The notes under the pieces were generated by a model. The model ran no database searches. It was not told the origin of the DNA and saw only the letters and a program-made list of their open reading frames with translations. DNA of 64,000 nt from Hadesarchaea archaeon (lineage in GTDB: Archaea; Hadarchaeota; Hadarchaeia; Hadarchaeales; Hadarchaeaceae). The number at the start of each line of letters is the position of its first letter. Position 1 is the stretch's first letter. The DNA is taken from NCBI GenBank assembly GCA_029259175.1, contig JAPDJH010000001.1, positions 64,001 to 128,000 on the forward strand. The letters are read 5' to 3'. A program made the position numbers and the translations under genes. Of the stretch, positions 62,265 to 64,000 are shown piece after piece.

Positions 62265-63011
62265 TCAGAATTGAACGGGAATGTAAAATGACGGAATGTT
62301 CTCGCTTCTAAATAGGTGAATATTTACGTTAATCGGCGCGTTGTCGCCCTCACGCTCGTAGTACTCAAGCACAATTGGATTCGCAAAAACATCTGGAGGT
62401 GCATCGTCTGGGATGTCCAGAAAGTAGAGCCGTGCCGTGATGGATGCCGAGATCCACTCAGGATTGTTCTCGTCAAATTTTCCAAAACCAGCGTAGGCCA
62501 AGCCGTTTTCATCAGCAAGCGTTGCTCTACTTTCTACGGGGAGCCAAACACGTTGAAGTACTACTACGCGCTCACGCGGGTAAAGTTCACTAAATCTGTA
62601 GCCAGCGACTATGGGACTATTCGTTGTGACAATCGCCTGAGTTGTCGGGGCCTCGACGCGCTGGCCGTAGAGCTGGATGAGCTTGCCGCCGACCACCTCG
62701 ACGCGGGCGACGTTGTCATCGCCGACGTAGTAGAGGACGTAGGCCCCCTGACCCTCGAAGTCGTAGTACTCGTGCTCGTCGCGGGGGACGCTGAACCCTA
62801 TGTACACGTTCTCCAGCACGAGGTTGTCCGGGGTTCCCCAGTAGGTGAACTCCCCGTACACGATCACGAGGTTCTCGCCGGGGCTCACCATTTCCGTGAT
62901 CGCCTCCGGCCACTCCCAGGGCGGGGGGATGATGCCGAACGCTATCAGCCCGACCACGAGCATGGCGCAGAGGATTGCGGCGTCGATGAGGTGGGTCCTG
63001 CCGAGCTTCAC
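62265..63011 (-). CDS. N-terminally anchored extracellular protein
   Basis: One N-terminal TM helix; beta-rich acidic body; GGAG upstream. Confidence 0.65.
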   Translation of the reverse strand: MKLGRTHLIDAAILCAMLVVGLIAFGIIPPPWEWPEAITEMVSPGENLVIVYGEFTYWGTPDNLVLENVYIGFSVPRDEHEYYDFEGQGAYVLYYVGDDNVARVEVVGGKLIQLYGQRVEAPTTQAIVTTNSPIVAGYRFSELYPRERVVVLQRVWLPVESRATLADENGLAYAGFGKFDENNPEWISASITARLYFLDIPDDAPPDVFANPIVLEYYEREGDNAPINVNIHLFRSENIPSFYIPVQF

Positions 63012-63092
63012 AATAACTCACTCCAGTTGTTTTCTCACCAATGTTTTTGTGTGAAGCATATAATAAAGGTGAAATGACCATCAAAACATTCA

Positions 63093-63401
63093 CTAGTCGT
63101 AAATCACCACCTCTTCCATTCTCTTCATCCACTCCTTCAGAGTTTTCTCCAGCTCGCTTTCCTCCTCGCGTGGGCTTTGCGAGCTGGCGCTCATTACCGT
63201 GCTCCAGCTCTCCATATCGGATTCCAAGAGGAAAACTAGGCAGAACAAGCCGACCACGATGCAACAGATGAGAAACATCCAGCCCACTACCGTCCGGAAG
63301 AGGCCTCCCCCCTCCAAGTATCCCAGCCCGAGGAAGCGGTCGGCCAAGTACAGCACCACGAAGCTGGAGCAGCTCATCGCGATGATCCTGTACCACCCCA
63401 T
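63093..63401 (-). CDS. Two-TM membrane protein
   Basis: Two hydrophobic helices, charged C-terminal helix. Confidence 0.6.
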   Translation of the reverse strand: MGWYRIIAMSCSSFVVLYLADRFLGLGYLEGGGLFRTVVGWMFLICCIVVGLFCLVFLLESDMESWSTVMSASSQSPREEESELEKTLKEWMKRMEEVVIYD

Positions 63402-63407
63402 AGCAAC

Positions 63408-64000
63408 TCACCTCGCGAGCGCGGGCCAGAGCGTTCCGATTATCACATCTCCCCAGAGCACGGTGATGAGGAGTCCTATGAGCATGGCCGGGACGAACGG
63501 GTAGCCTACCTGACCGGTTTTCCTGTCCATGTACATGCGTGGCACCGCCAAGCTCTGAAGGGCGACGATTCCTTCAGCCCATAGCCCCACGCACCCGATC
63601 CACCGCGCGGCGTCGGTGAGCCAGCCCATCGGGGGGAGAAACGCTGGTGCGGCGAACAGCAACGAGAGGTACCAGACCGACCAAGGCAGGGAGATCACTC
63701 CGTCATACAGGTTGTCGAGCACAGCAAACCCTGTGACCAGCAACGCGAAGCCGAAGAGGGGCGGAAACACCTGAATGAAGACATCTGGGAACTTCTCGTA
63801 GGCCCTCCCCAGAAACGGCCAAACGCCGATGGCAACAATCACTGCGCCGAGCGTGCCCCATCTGAGCATCTTCTTCAGCGTTTTTCGTTTCACAATCTTT
63901 GCGAGGAGGGGGATGTGGCGATGCCTGCGCTTGAGGAACATGGCCGTGCACACAATTGGATTTCCTATGAACAGCGAGTTCAGCATCACCGACAGGAGGA
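63408..64000 (-). CDS. C-terminal part of A24 prepilin peptidase-like protein (partial)
   Basis: SVMLNSLFIGNP and GYPFVPAMLIGLLITVLWGD parallel TVLFNSLILAVP and GMPFAPLLALGLLVGVFYGD of the host peptidase; frame open to window end. Confidence 0.65.
   Translation of the reverse strand, partial: LLSVMLNSLFIGNPIVCTAMFLKRRHRHIPLLAKIVKRKTLKKMLRWGTLGAVIVAIGVWPFLGRAYEKFPDVFIQVFPPLFGFALLVTGFAVLDNLYDGVISLPWSVWYLSLLFAAPAFLPPMGWLTDAARWIGCVGLWAEGIVALQSLAVPRMYMDRKTGQVGYPFVPAMLIGLLITVLWGDVIIGTLWPALAR

Larger units (their letters stand above)
54694..64000. mobile_element. Integrated element at the tRNA-Tyr 3' end, extending beyond the window
   Basis: Integrase abutting tRNA, divergent regulators, prim-pol/helicase, repeat arrays, mosaic GC; second att site not visible in the window. 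Confidence 0.85.

Noticed and set aside
62581-62595. Lone TAAAGTTCACTAAAT matching the iteron
   Set aside because: Single copy within a coding region; chance cannot be excluded

Overview
Archaeal chromosome segment. An unsplit RpoB, F420/H4MPT genes and GGAGGTGA Shine-Dalgarno sites suggest a basal euryarchaeote such as Hadarchaeota/MSBL1; this placement is inference only. In order: (1) 1-11.2 kb, a type IV pilus locus with class III signal-peptide pilins, DUF2101-like protein, A24 peptidase, two TadC/T2SSF platforms and a TadA ATPase, interrupted by an ATPase remnant and an AbrB-VapC toxin-antitoxin pair; (2) tRNA-Lys, rpoH-B-A1-A2-rpl30e-nusA-rps12-rps7-tuf-rps10 with no EF-2 gene; (3) rio1/eIF1A and divergent cimA/leuA paralogues; (4) a gcvT / FrhB-like / mer / cofE / aminotransferase C1 cluster; (5) a membrane-anchored regulator module, rubredoxin, broken sfsA, thiC, cca; (6) a second pilin locus (MinD, degenerate KaiC, pilins, DNRLRE adhesins, Zn-PLC/S1-P1-like hydrolase); (7) a highly structured ~300-nt candidate ncRNA with a possible pseudoknot upstream of an ArsR-MinD pair; (8) nadX-nadC, DUF763 and a surface protein; (9) from an intron-containing tRNA-Tyr to the window end, an integrated element (integrase, regulator switch, prim-pol/helicase, iteron-like origin, surface genes, its own prepilin peptidase). 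Best candidates for undescribed biology are the ncRNA at ~49.25-49.54 kb, the PICI-like integrated element and the hydrolase-containing pilin locus. No searches were run; all family calls come from motif recognition.
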